Positions 46,970-56,703 of a stretch of DNA of 56,994 nt are shown here, one piece after another (the first letter of the stretch is position 1; the number at the start of each line of letters is the position of its first letter). A model generated the notes under the pieces. It saw only the letters and a program-made list of their open reading frames with translations, was not told the DNA's origin and did no database searches. Position numbers and translations under genes: made by a program. The stretch is from an uncultured Candidatus Poseidoniales archaeon (lineage in GTDB: Archaea; Thermoplasmatota; Poseidoniia; Poseidoniales; Thalassarchaeaceae): positions 157,925 to 214,918 of the forward strand of contig CAZUBQ010000001.1 in the NCBI GenBank assembly GCA_964618995.1, given 5' to 3'.

Positions 46970-48877
46970 TCAGGAAAGGCGGAGCGTCTCGAGATTGCGT
47001 GGAGCGGTGCAGCGAACCCTGAACGTTTCGCGGATTGCCTTGCTGAACTCCGCGCAGATTCGCTCATCACCGTGGTGACAGATGACCAATCGCGGTTTGG
47101 GATTCATCTGACTGACATAATCCATCAGTTGGCGACGGTCGGAGTGGCCGCTGAATCCATCGATGATCACCATGTCACAGTTCATCTCGACCATCGTTGT
47201 GGTCCCACTGTCACTGAGCGGCACCGATGCTGAACCAGCCTGCAGCTTGCGTCCCAGCGTGCCTTCAGCCTGATAGCCGACGAAACAGAGTGTGTTCAGC
47301 GCTTCAGGCGCCCAGTGCTTGAGATACTCTACAATCGGACCACCGGTCATCATCCCGCTGGTCGCAAGCACGATGCACGAACCGGGGTCTCGGAGTACGC
47401 TTTCACGGTGCTCGCGGTTCTCCACCTGACGGAACCACTTCGAGGAAAACGGGTTGGTCTCGTCATCCTTGAGCACTGCTTTGCGCAGTTCTGCATTGAG
47501 GTAGTTGGGGTGGCTCGAATGGATTGCTGTGGCTTCCGTTATCATACCGTCCAGCCACACGGTCACCGGTTCACATTCTCCTGACTTGAACAACTGATCG
47601 ATGGCGATCATCACCTCCTGACTCCTACCTACCGCGAATACGGGGAAGAACACCTTTCCACCACGTGCCAACGACCGTTTGAGGAGATCATGCAGTTCCT
47701 GTGTGGCCTCCAAGCGTGAAGGCTGGAATGAGTTGGCGCCACCGTATGTCGATTCCATGACGAGCGTCTCGACGCGCGGGAAGCGCACGTGAGCAGCCTC
47801 GTAGAGCCACGATTTCTCGTACTTGATGTCGCCGCTGAACACAATGTTGTGATGCTTCGATTCTTCACCGATGTGCATGTGCACTGAGGAGGAACCGAGG
47901 ATGTGCCCCGCATTGTGCAGGGTCATCTTGATGTCCGGCGCGATGTCTGTTATCTGACCCCATTCAACGTCGATGACGTGTTTCATCATCTCCTGGATGT
48001 CTTCCAGAGCGTACGGGGGAGTTCTTCCTTCTGCCTGTGCCACCTTGATGAAATCCATCTGTAGCATCGTCATCAGGTCACGCGTCGGAGGAGTGCAGTA
48101 TACCGGCCCGCGGTAGTTGTACTTGTAGAGAACCGGCAGCATGCCGATGTGGTCGATGTGCGCGTGGGTAATCACCACCGCATCCAACTTATCGGGAGGC
48201 AGTACCTCAGGCGCGTCGAAGTATGGCATCCATTCCGACTCCCTGCCAGGCTTCGCCCCACAGTCCACCAACACCCGACTCTCATTGGTCGTCACCATAT
48301 GCATCGCTCGCCCTACTTCGCGATATGAACCGAGAGCGGTAAGGCGGACCCATTCCTGTCCGGGTCGCTTAGGGCGGTAGACGTTGGTGCCGAAGCGGCG
48401 CAGAATCTGCTTGCGCTCCTCAGCGTTATCGAGGCGGAACCGATTGATGTCCCGCGAGGTCTTGCTTGCTATCGGCGGTGCTCGCTCGATGCGCACGCTC
48501 CAGCCGATCTCATCACGCAGTTTCTTCAGGTTGGCACCGCGCTTGCCGACTCCCTCTCCCGGATCTCGGCATTCGATGACCACCTCGCTGATGGCCGGGT
48601 CGAACCAGATGTTCTGCACCAGCGCTGCATCCGGAATGATGTTGCGGATGGCATCGGTGGCATCCTCGATGCTCACCAACATAGAAGGGTCTGGTCTGAT
48701 TTCGACACGGCGCTTGATTTCCTTCGATATGCGGCCTGTCAATCCGTCCTCTTGGAAGCGTGCAGGATCCTTGGTGATGATGGCGATGCTCGCAGCTTCC
48801 AAGTCAATCTCGTAGGTGATGCCGCTCGGCACCATCTTGGCGATTTTGTTCTTGATCTCTTTCACTGTCAGCCTCAT
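46970..48877 (-). CDS. fttA: KH-domain beta-CASP ribonuclease aCPSF1 / transcription termination factor FttA
   Basis: N-terminal KH domains, LGSYREVGR, THAHIDH, AGHILGSS, MESTYG, FAVGRSQE, GYQAEGTLGR, GFSGHSDR. GGAGGT before ATG 48877. Confidence 0.96.
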   Translation of the reverse strand: MRLTVKEIKNKIAKMVPSGITYEIDLEAASIAIITKDPARFQEDGLTGRISKEIKRRVEIRPDPSMLVSIEDATDAIRNIIPDAALVQNIWFDPAISEVVIECRDPGEGVGKRGANLKKLRDEIGWSVRIERAPPIASKTSRDINRFRLDNAEERKQILRRFGTNVYRPKRPGQEWVRLTALGSYREVGRAMHMVTTNESRVLVDCGAKPGRESEWMPYFDAPEVLPPDKLDAVVITHAHIDHIGMLPVLYKYNYRGPVYCTPPTRDLMTMLQMDFIKVAQAEGRTPPYALEDIQEMMKHVIDVEWGQITDIAPDIKMTLHNAGHILGSSSVHMHIGEESKHHNIVFSGDIKYEKSWLYEAAHVRFPRVETLVMESTYGGANSFQPSRLEATQELHDLLKRSLARGGKVFFPVFAVGRSQEVMIAIDQLFKSGECEPVTVWLDGMITEATAIHSSHPNYLNAELRKAVLKDDETNPFSSKWFRQVENREHRESVLRDPGSCIVLATSGMMTGGPIVEYLKHWAPEALNTLCFVGYQAEGTLGRKLQAGSASVPLSDSGTTTMVEMNCDMVIIDGFSGHSDRRQLMDYVSQMNPKPRLVICHHGDERICAEFSKAIRETFRVRCTAPRNLETLRLS

Positions 48878-48983
48878 TTGGGCTACCTCCTTGACGCTCA
48901 ACTTCAACCCGGCGAGCAGCCTGATGCGGCCTTGGCCGCTGGATGGCGACTGTGTCGCCGGGAACAGGATAGGGGGCTGAAAC

Positions 48984-49622
48984 TCAGATTGACTTGAGCA
49001 GTGCTTCCTTCTCTGCGAGAGTGAGCAGTGTGAAGCCGTCCTTCATGGTGATGACAGCCAGGTCCATGCCATTGCCGCTGGCGGAATCACGCTGGCTGGA
49101 GGCCAGCAGGGCGCGGGCGGTGACCTTGAGCGCCTCGTTGCGCGTCATGCCATCCTTGTACTGGTCTTCGAGTACACCGTACATGTAAGGCGAACCTGAA
49201 CCTGTGGCACAATATGTGTCAGGGATTGAGCCACCAGCAGAATCGATGGAGTATACGTGACCGCCATCATCGTCGACGCCGGCAATGAGCAACTGCACCC
49301 AGTACGGGGCGTAGCGCCTGCCAGACAGGATGTTAGCCGTCAGTGTAGAGGCGGCTTCGACGCTCATCTCTGTGTTTCGCTTCATCTCAAACAGGGCGAT
49401 CTCAGCAGCCAACACGCGTGCGAGCACCTGCGCATCGCCGACCAGGCCAGCGGTAGTCAGTGCAATCTTGTTTGATATGGAGAACAACTTCTGCACATTC
49501 TTGTTGGCGATGAAGTGACCCATGGTCGCACGGTGGTCAGCGCCAACGATGACGCCGTCCTTGTAGCAGATACCGACGGTGCTCGTGCCGGTCTTCATCG
49601 TCTCAAGAGTTGAATCCATCAT
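48984..49622 (-). CDS. psmB: Proteasome subunit beta
   Basis: Propeptide ending KTG followed by TSTVG (Thr1), AGLVGDAQ, ATGSGS, RDSASG; conserved synteny with aCPSF1. Confidence 0.97.
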   Translation of the reverse strand: MMDSTLETMKTGTSTVGICYKDGVIVGADHRATMGHFIANKNVQKLFSISNKIALTTAGLVGDAQVLARVLAAEIALFEMKRNTEMSVEAASTLTANILSGRRYAPYWVQLLIAGVDDDGGHVYSIDSAGGSIPDTYCATGSGSPYMYGVLEDQYKDGMTRNEALKVTARALLASSQRDSASGNGMDLAVITMKDGFTLLTLAEKEALLKSI

Positions 49623-49795
49623 CCTCGCCTCCGCTTCCGCCGTCCTTCAAGGTTCGCCAAGGACAGGAACCCACCCAAAGCAATCACTGCGACCAGCCGA
49701 CCCTATTTCAATCCGCCGAACTACATCCCCACCTCTTACGCCACCCTGCGCCAAATGGTTGATGGAGGGCCGCACTCGCAGGCTTCCTGAGGACG

Positions 49796-50215
49796 ATGAG
49801 CGACGAGCCGGATGGGGACGAGCCACGCTGGCTGAACGTCCCGAGTATCGAACCGGGGCCGTTGCCGCCCCCCGACCCGGGCCAATTCTACCATGACCTC
49901 GCCGCGCTCTACCCCGATGCTCCTGTTCCACGCCGTCCCCAGGAGGTGGTCATCCGCCGGGCGGTATTGCATGATGTCTCAGGACTGGAGAAGTTGCTTG
50001 ACTGGGCCGCAGACAGCCAGATCGTGATTATCGAACTGCGTCGCATCATCGACCGTGACTTCGAATTGTCCACTGCTATCGAACAACTGTCGAACTTCGT
50101 CGAGGGCGACCTCGGTGGTCAACTGGTGCAGCTTGGGGAGGAACGCATCCTGCTGCTTCCACCGGGATTCAGGGGCATGTCAGGGCTAGAGGCAGAGTCC
50201 CACGAAGGCACTTGA
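49796..50215 (+). CDS. sepF: Cell-division protein SepF (archaeal type)
   Basis: IVIIEL...L..FV...GG..VQLG...ILLLP pattern; upstream of ZPR1 as in other euryarchaea. Confidence 0.72.
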   Translation: MSDEPDGDEPRWLNVPSIEPGPLPPPDPGQFYHDLAALYPDAPVPRRPQEVVIRRAVLHDVSGLEKLLDWAADSQIVIIELRRIIDRDFELSTAIEQLSNFVEGDLGGQLVQLGEERILLLPPGFRGMSGLEAESHEGT

Positions 50216-50232
50216 CGGTGCGAGGTGGCGCG

Positions 50233-50856
50233 ATGCAGAGCGAGATCAGCAATCCATGTCCAGCGTGCGGAACCCCTGACGTATTGAGCATGTACTCACT
50301 GACCGAAGAGATACCTTACTTCGGAGAGCATACACAGGTGACGCTGTCATGCGCGGAATGCGGTTGGCGGCAGACCGACTTCATCCCAGCGCAGGAGCGG
50401 GATCCTTGCGCGTGGAGTCTCGAAGTGAACGAACCGAGCCAGCTGGCGGTGAGGGTCGTCCGCAGTTCTTCGGGGACGGTGAGGATTCCTGAACTGGGAC
50501 TCGAAGTTTCGCCGAGCAACCATTCGACAGGCTACGTGTCGAACATCGAGGGTGTTCTGCAGCGGTTCATCGATATCATCGAGATGCTGCTTCGCCAAGC
50601 GGTGACGGACATCAGCACGGATGATTCTGATCGCGATTCGTCTGAGAGTGGCATGCCGCAACTGGAAGAACTGCTAGTCACTCTGCGCGCCGCGCGCGCC
50701 GGTGATTTGGCACAGACGCTGACCGTGGTGTTGCTCGACCCTCACGGACACAGCGCCATCCTTGACGATGCTGCGCATTCAAGGCCATTGACTGAATACG
50801 AACACGATACTCTCGAAGTAGGCCCGACTGCTTTGATTCTCGACCTAGGAGATTGA
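50233..50856 (+). CDS. ZPR1 zinc-finger domain protein
   Basis: CPACG, EIPYFGE, CAECGWR, VVRSSSG...IPELG, NIEGVL, DPHGHS. GAGGTG-N5-ATG. Confidence 0.93.
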   Translation: MQSEISNPCPACGTPDVLSMYSLTEEIPYFGEHTQVTLSCAECGWRQTDFIPAQERDPCAWSLEVNEPSQLAVRVVRSSSGTVRIPELGLEVSPSNHSTGYVSNIEGVLQRFIDIIEMLLRQAVTDISTDDSDRDSSESGMPQLEELLVTLRAARAGDLAQTLTVVLLDPHGHSAILDDAAHSRPLTEYEHDTLEVGPTALILDLGD

Positions 50857-50872
50857 ACTGCCATTACCGTGC

Positions 50873-51217
50873 TCACAACCAGCAGTGAATGAGGTCCATC
50901 GCCAGATGAACGAACACGGCGATGAAGAACGGCTGGCCCCTCTCCCACAGGCTTCCAGCGAAATAGAGAGGCGTGATCCACCATTTGTGCAGGAGATGGG
51001 CATCGATGCTGCATCTCCCAGGTACATAGACGTCGGGCCATGACAGCAGATGGTCCAGGTCAATAAGCAAACTGCTATAGACAAGTATGCATACCCGCTT
51101 CAACTCGCCATTCTCATCAGGTTTGATTCCCTGTTTCAACTTGGTAGATAGTTCCATTTTCCACAGCAGCCAAGCCACAGGAATCAGCACGAGTGCGTGC
51201 CACAGCCAGTTGGGCAG
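50873..51217 (-). CDS. DUF6122-like small membrane protein
   Basis: IDLDHLL...YVPGRCSI..H.LH...H..MD motif. Probable CTG start at 51217 (ORF track uses GTG 51190). Confidence 0.72.
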   Translation of the reverse strand: MPNWLWHALVLIPVAWLLWKMELSTKLKQGIKPDENGELKRVCILVYSSLLIDLDHLLSWPDVYVPGRCSIDAHLLHKWWITPLYFAGSLWERGQPFFIAVFVHLAMDLIHCWL

Positions 51218-51226
51218 AGTCCCACC

Positions 51227-52612
51227 TCATTTCTTCGCATCGGGAGCGAGGAAATCGTCCACGAGGTGTGCGGTCTCGTCACGTTGCTCGGCCAGTTCAG
51301 TCAGCCATACCGCAGCCCTATCGATGCACATCTGTTTCATCTGGCCGGTCAGGATCTCGCCGCTACGATAGCCTGCCTCAACTTCGGCGAGCGCCGCATC
51401 GTCAGGCTCGAAGAAGTAGCGCATGTACTGGAATGCGACGTCGATGTCAGGATTCCCACCTAGCCGGCGGTGTTCCTCAAGGGTCGGCTGACCGCCTGAG
51501 AAGGAGGCATTCACCTTGCGTTGCATACTCTCCACATCATCGGTGAGGAAGATGGTAGTGTCCGGCTCGCTGCTGCTCATCTTATCCCCTGTCATGCCGA
51601 TGGCGAACTGATGGTAGGTGGATGAGGGTTGCAGCAGCCCCAGTCCACCATTCTCACGCTCTAGGCGCAGCAGCGACATGCGGATGCCGTTGCGATCACT
51701 GGCCGTGGCTCCTGGAACCTCCAGTGTTCCATGTGCTGGATTGGCGTCCCAGTCGCTGAATCCTAGTTCTGTCATGGTCCCGGTCAAGCGGTCGAACACG
51801 GCGTCGCGAACCGTCATGTCGACCGAACCGTCCGCACCCACACCCAGCGCGGCACGATTGTCGTCCTGAACTGACAGCCCAATCACAAGGCCACCTTCCT
51901 TGCGTGAGTTGACGTTGAACCAGTTCGTCTTACGTGCAAGACCGCGGGTGAGGCGCAGGTGCGGGTCCTGATCGACTCCCACAGGCACCACGATGGGGCG
52001 CAGCCCGCCGTATTCGTCTAGCTGTGGATGGATGATGTCGCCGACCTGCACCAGCGGAGCCTGCACATGAGCGAGGTTGGTCTCTCCACCGAATCCGTAG
52101 ATGGCTTCGAACTCAGAGAGGTTGGTTCGACGGCCTAGTGTGAACCCGAGCCTCTGCACAATCGGCCGGCCCGACTGGAAGTAGATGCTGGTGCGCTCGA
52201 CATCGAGTCCCAGAGCAGCGTAGTTGGCGACATATTCGTCCAGCGCCACGCGGCGGCACTCCGCGAGTGTGCGCCCGCGTGTCGCATGCGCTTCGAGATC
52301 AGCTACCGCGATGGAGACGTCTGCCCCTTGCTCCTGGAACCACTTCACCTGGTCGATGACCATCTTGTGGCCAAGGTGCATCTTCCCCGACGGCATCAGC
52401 CCGGTCAGAACGCCGAACGGCTCGCCGAGCCGGTGCGCATCGAGGACCAGCTCGAGGTCACGGTGAGCGAAGATAATCCCCCGGCGGTGATGCATGTGCG
52501 GGTCGGGGATGGTGGAAAGGTCGACACGGGAGAGACCAAACTGTTCGATGATGCGGGAGTAATCCGTCGACTGCGCGGCCGACCAAGGGTCGATGGTAAC
52601 CTCGTCAGCCAT
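51227..52612 (-). CDS. trpS: Tryptophan--tRNA ligase (archaeal type with internal insertion)
   Basis: IDPW, TGLMPSGKMHLGH, VPVGVDQDPH, KMSSS, FSGGQ, GGNP. Confidence 0.96.
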   Translation of the reverse strand: MADEVTIDPWSAAQSTDYSRIIEQFGLSRVDLSTIPDPHMHHRRGIIFAHRDLELVLDAHRLGEPFGVLTGLMPSGKMHLGHKMVIDQVKWFQEQGADVSIAVADLEAHATRGRTLAECRRVALDEYVANYAALGLDVERTSIYFQSGRPIVQRLGFTLGRRTNLSEFEAIYGFGGETNLAHVQAPLVQVGDIIHPQLDEYGGLRPIVVPVGVDQDPHLRLTRGLARKTNWFNVNSRKEGGLVIGLSVQDDNRAALGVGADGSVDMTVRDAVFDRLTGTMTELGFSDWDANPAHGTLEVPGATASDRNGIRMSLLRLERENGGLGLLQPSSTYHQFAIGMTGDKMSSSEPDTTIFLTDDVESMQRKVNASFSGGQPTLEEHRRLGGNPDIDVAFQYMRYFFEPDDAALAEVEAGYRSGEILTGQMKQMCIDRAAVWLTELAEQRDETAHLVDDFLAPDAKK

Positions 52613-52707
52613 GCCATCCTCAGGCGCGGGCGACTGCGGGACAGGCATCAATGATTCGCTCCGTGAGCGGGCGATGGTTCATGATTCAGGAGTGGTTGGC
52701 CACATCC

Positions 52708-53769
52708 GTGAGCGAACAGGTGCTCGTATACGGAGCAGGCCTCGTGGGCGGTTGGGTATGCTCAAGGCTCCCCGGACGTATCACCGTCGTCGACCGTGAC
52801 CGGGATGTGCTCTCACGGCTATCGGGCCAGCGTACGGATGGGGCATTGAAGTTGGTGTGTGCCGATGCGCTGGAGCACGCGCGCACTACCGACCTGACAC
52901 AATACACACTGATTCTCAACATGCTCCCTGGAAGAATCGGTGGGAAGCTTCGCGAACTACTGATCAGCAGTGGGACGACCGTGGTGGACATCGCGTTCGC
53001 CGAAGACATACCTTCTGAGTGGAATGAGGTGGCCCAGGCTGCCGGTACCACCTTCGTTCATGATGTCGGAATAGCGCCCGGGCTGTCGAACATGCTCATC
53101 GCCAGAGCATCGAGAGAGATGGGCCCGCTCTCCAAGGCCACCATCCGAGTAGGGGGGAATCCCACTGAGCCCGACGACGACTGGTCGTACATGGCCCCCT
53201 TCTCCCCCACGGACGTGCTCGAAGAGTACACTCGCCCGGCGCGCATCTTTCTGGACGGACAGGTGCTGACAAGACCGGCGCTGTCCGACCGGCAACTGTT
53301 CGATGTGGATGGGCGCGGGAAGATGGAAGCGTTCCGCACTGATGGATTGCGCAGCCTGCTGACCTCTGGTCTCGCCGACCAGTTGGACGAGTTCACAGTG
53401 AGATGGCCCGGCCACATCGACCGCTATCTGCAGGATTTGGAATCAGGTGAACTGGATGAGGAGGTCCTGCTTGAAGCGTGGAAGTGGGACCCGGCGCGCC
53501 ATGATTTCACCTGGATGGATGTCGTGACCGAATCGCGTTCCGGCGAGAACTCCCGCTGGGTGTTCGACATAGGTGTGCTGTTCGGTCGCTCATCGATGAC
53601 CATCGCCACAGGCACGGTGACTCTGTTCGTGGCGCGCGCGCTGCTCGACGACACGGTGCACATCGACACGGGAGTCTACGCCCCAGAGGACCTACCGGGA
53701 GATTTCCTTGAGCGGGTGACGGCCGCATTCGACCAGTGCAGTCCAGGTTCCCTGCGCCGAGTGAAGTGA
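52708..53769 (+). CDS. Saccharopine dehydrogenase / lysine 6-dehydrogenase family protein
   Basis: VYGAGLVG Rossmann motif, DVGIAPGLSN, VGG.P, FSP.D..EEY.RP, EAFRTDGLRSL, TVRWPGH. Confidence 0.88.
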   Translation: MSEQVLVYGAGLVGGWVCSRLPGRITVVDRDRDVLSRLSGQRTDGALKLVCADALEHARTTDLTQYTLILNMLPGRIGGKLRELLISSGTTVVDIAFAEDIPSEWNEVAQAAGTTFVHDVGIAPGLSNMLIARASREMGPLSKATIRVGGNPTEPDDDWSYMAPFSPTDVLEEYTRPARIFLDGQVLTRPALSDRQLFDVDGRGKMEAFRTDGLRSLLTSGLADQLDEFTVRWPGHIDRYLQDLESGELDEEVLLEAWKWDPARHDFTWMDVVTESRSGENSRWVFDIGVLFGRSSMTIATGTVTLFVARALLDDTVHIDTGVYAPEDLPGDFLERVTAAFDQCSPGSLRRVK

Positions 53770-53770
53770 G

Positions 53771-54955
53771 TCACTCCTCTTCAGCGGGGATGTGCAATCC
53801 ATCCAGAGAGAACAGCACCCGTTGCAGGTTCCGGTCACGACGTACGGTCCAGATTATGGCTGCAGGAGTCGCCAGCGCCACGAATACGGCGATCACCGGA
53901 AGCCACCACGAGTTCTGCTCGACCCCCCTCGGCTCGACCAGCCAGGTGAAGCGCATGGGCGTGTCATCCCAGCGACGGCTGGCGTCGAACAGGTCGTCGA
54001 CATGATGGCCGGCAACGGTGATTATCTCATCGTGGTCATTGAACCACTGAGGATGGTTGGAAGAAAGCACCTCGGGGGCAGCCCCGTCGAAGTGAATGGT
54101 GACCGAGTAGCCGGGCTTCAGCGTGAGCAGTAGCAGCGTTCCATTCATCCTCCACCCTTCCGTGAGGTGCCGGTCGTCGGCGGTCAGTTCGCTCATGTTC
54201 ACACCGTCATTCTCGATGTTCATCACGACGGAATCTCCCATTTCGAGTCCGAGCGTGTACGGCACGGTCCAGCCTATCTGGGACTCGGGATGTGTCAGCG
54301 GATCTGCTGCGACAGGTGCATGGGTCAGCACAGCGGTGTTTCCATCGGCCTCCCATAGCAGGCTCGGTTGATGTCTGTTGTAGGAAGCGACCTCTCCCCA
54401 GGTGGCAAACCAGGCATCGCTGCTCTCGATCGCATCGACGAGAGCCCAATCGGGTCGGACGGAGTTGAGGTTCATCCGCGGAATCCAGTAGAGGTTCACC
54501 ACGTAGGCTGGCGAATCCAATGCTTGCTCGAATTCAGTGACCGAGCCGATGTTCTTCTCCAACGAACCGCCGTTGCGCGCCAGTGCGATGAGGTGCTCAT
54601 GCCCTGTCAACACCTTGTCCCCGATGATCATGAATCCCTGTTCAACCAGTGCATCACCGGTCTCTTGGTCGAGTGATTCCCCCGGCACTCCGAAGGACAG
54701 TGGTTGTGCACCCCACTGAGAAGCCACAGTGCGCTCGGTCAGGTAATCCTTGCACTCCCTGATAGCCGAGTGATCTTCCCGGATATCCTTCCCAGGGATC
54801 CCATGGCAACCGTATTCGTCACCCGCAGCCAACCGCTCGGGGCCGATTACCTCGGATAGGAAGATGTCCTCCTCCCACTCGCCTGCTGCGGGTGCGGTCA
54901 GTGGAGTGAGCAGCAGGAGGAACAGAGCGACGGCTACCACCCTGCGGGTGCGCAT
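53771..54955 (-). CDS. Secreted, C-terminally anchored hypothetical protein
   Basis: Signal peptide and C-terminal TM followed by RRDR; DAWFATWGEVASY resembles the end of polysaccharide-deacetylase-like barrels. Confidence 0.75.
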   Translation of the reverse strand: MRTRRVVAVALFLLLLTPLTAPAAGEWEEDIFLSEVIGPERLAAGDEYGCHGIPGKDIREDHSAIRECKDYLTERTVASQWGAQPLSFGVPGESLDQETGDALVEQGFMIIGDKVLTGHEHLIALARNGGSLEKNIGSVTEFEQALDSPAYVVNLYWIPRMNLNSVRPDWALVDAIESSDAWFATWGEVASYNRHQPSLLWEADGNTAVLTHAPVAADPLTHPESQIGWTVPYTLGLEMGDSVVMNIENDGVNMSELTADDRHLTEGWRMNGTLLLLTLKPGYSVTIHFDGAAPEVLSSNHPQWFNDHDEIITVAGHHVDDLFDASRRWDDTPMRFTWLVEPRGVEQNSWWLPVIAVFVALATPAAIIWTVRRDRNLQRVLFSLDGLHIPAEEE

Positions 54956-55046
54956 GTGCCGGCCAGATGCCGCGTCGTCATCAAAGGAGCGGGTGAATCA
55001 CCAGCCGGCGACAACCCTCAAGGAGAGGAGAGCGCCGCCGGAGTCG

Positions 55047-55826
55047 ATGTCCGCGCTCAGCGCCGATGCCAAGGAGAAGCTCGCAGGGCTGTGCGCCATC
55101 GAACCCGCGGGCATCTCGGTTCCGAGGACTCCGCTCTACACGGGCATGCTCGCGGTGCTGCTGCCCATCTTCAGCACCATCTGCCGCTTCCGTGTCGAAG
55201 GAATGGAGCGCATTCCATCCACGGGACCGATGATTCTCGCTGGCAACCACATGTCGCACATCGACCCGGTGATCAAGATCTACAGTGCTCGGCGCAAGGC
55301 CTACTACCTTGCCAAGGAAGGGCACTTCACTAAGATTGGTGTCAAGCAGTTCATGCATGCAGTGGGCCAGATCGAGACCGATCGCGCTAGTGGGGGCGGT
55401 GACGCCGTGGCAAGAGCAGCGGACGTGCTGTTGAGCGGCAATGTGCTCGGGATCTTCCCCGAAGGAACACGCTCGCGCAACAAACAGGCACCCTACCTGC
55501 AGCGCGGCAAGACCGGCGTGGCGCGGCTGGCCGCGGCGTTCCCGAACGTTCCCGTGGTGTGCGCTGGCATCGCTGGCAGCCACGAGTTCCTCGCGCCCGG
55601 CCAAGCACCGCTGCCGCGCATCTGGCGACCGGTGACAGTGAGATTCGGAACACCCATCACCTGGGCCGAGTGGAGCGAACACCCTGAAGGTGGGGCAGTA
55701 GATGACGCCGAGGTTGAGCGAATCGCCGAGTTGTCCGAGGATGAACAGCGAGCGGACATCGGTAATCTCTACCGGAAATTCACCAACCAGACCATCGCCA
55801 CACTCCGCGCTCTGGGCGCCCCATGA
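55047..55826 (+). CDS. plsC: Lysophospholipid/1-acyl-G3P acyltransferase (PlsC family)
   Basis: NHMSHID (HX4D), YLAKE, FPEGTRS, KTGVARLA, VRFGTPI. Confidence 0.9.
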   Translation: MSALSADAKEKLAGLCAIEPAGISVPRTPLYTGMLAVLLPIFSTICRFRVEGMERIPSTGPMILAGNHMSHIDPVIKIYSARRKAYYLAKEGHFTKIGVKQFMHAVGQIETDRASGGGDAVARAADVLLSGNVLGIFPEGTRSRNKQAPYLQRGKTGVARLAAAFPNVPVVCAGIAGSHEFLAPGQAPLPRIWRPVTVRFGTPITWAEWSEHPEGGAVDDAEVERIAELSEDEQRADIGNLYRKFTNQTIATLRALGAP

Positions 55827-55883
55827 GTCCGACCCGGTGGAGTTCCCAGCCGCTTTGTTCATAGTGCGTCGAGTGACCCATTC

Positions 55884-56693
55884 ATGTCGGCGTCAGCGAT
55901 GGACCAGTATCTGCAACTAATGCGCACCATCCTCACTGAGGGCGTCGAGCGGGATGACCGCACCGGAACCGGCACGCTGTCGGTGTTCGGACACCAGATG
56001 AGATTCGACCTGCGCCGCCGCTTCCCTGCTGTGACCACCAAGAAGCTGCATTGGCCGAGCATCATCCACGAACTGCTCTGGTTCATCTCCGGCGAGACGA
56101 ACGTTCGCTACCTGCAGCAGAACGGCGTGCGCATCTGGAACGAGTGGGCAGATGATGACGGGGAACTCGGGCCGGTCTACGGCAAGCAGTGGCGCAGGTG
56201 GGAAAGCAGCGACGGAGAGGTGATCGACCAGTTGCAGCGGGCCGTCAACCTGTTGCGCACAAGACCTGAGAGCCGGAGGATCGTCGTGTCAGCGTGGAAT
56301 GCCGGGGAGCTCGAGGACATGGCGCTCATGCCCTGCCACGCGCTGTTCCAGTTCCATGTGAGCAATGGAGAGTTGTCGTGCCAACTCTATCAGCGCTCAG
56401 CGGACGTCTTCCTAGGAGTCCCGTTCAACATCTCATGTTACTCGCTGCTGACCTGCATGGTGGCGCAGGTGACGGGCTTGAAGCCGGGGGAGTTCATCCA
56501 CACCATCGGGGATGCCCACCTCTACCGCAACCACCTCGACCAGGCGCGCGAACAGGTCGGCCGGACACCACTCGAACCTCCTCTGCTCATGCTCAACCCC
56601 GACTGCCGAGAGATCGACGACTTCGGATACGATGATATCAAGATCGAGGAATACGTGCACCACGAGCACATCAAGGCACCCATATCCGTGTGA
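55884..56693 (+). CDS. thyA: Thymidylate synthase (bacterial-type ThyA)
   Basis: [60 protein letters not shown]. Confidence 0.98.
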   Translation: MSASAMDQYLQLMRTILTEGVERDDRTGTGTLSVFGHQMRFDLRRRFPAVTTKKLHWPSIIHELLWFISGETNVRYLQQNGVRIWNEWADDDGELGPVYGKQWRRWESSDGEVIDQLQRAVNLLRTRPESRRIVVSAWNAGELEDMALMPCHALFQFHVSNGELSCQLYQRSADVFLGVPFNISCYSLLTCMVAQVTGLKPGEFIHTIGDAHLYRNHLDQAREQVGRTPLEPPLLMLNPDCREIDDFGYDDIKIEEYVHHEHIKAPISV

Positions 56694-56703
56694 GGCGAGA
56701 AAG

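Noticed and set aside
50873-52612. TGA read-through or selenocysteine fusing trpS to the DUF6122-like gene
   Set aside because: TrpRS ends at its normal C-terminus, no SECIS-like element is seen, and an SD plus CTG start is simpler.
54981-55862. 293-aa antisense ORF (and similar long ones such as 12547-13287 and 2618-3223)
   Set aside because: They lie opposite well-supported genes, which is expected in high-GC DNA, and show no motifs.
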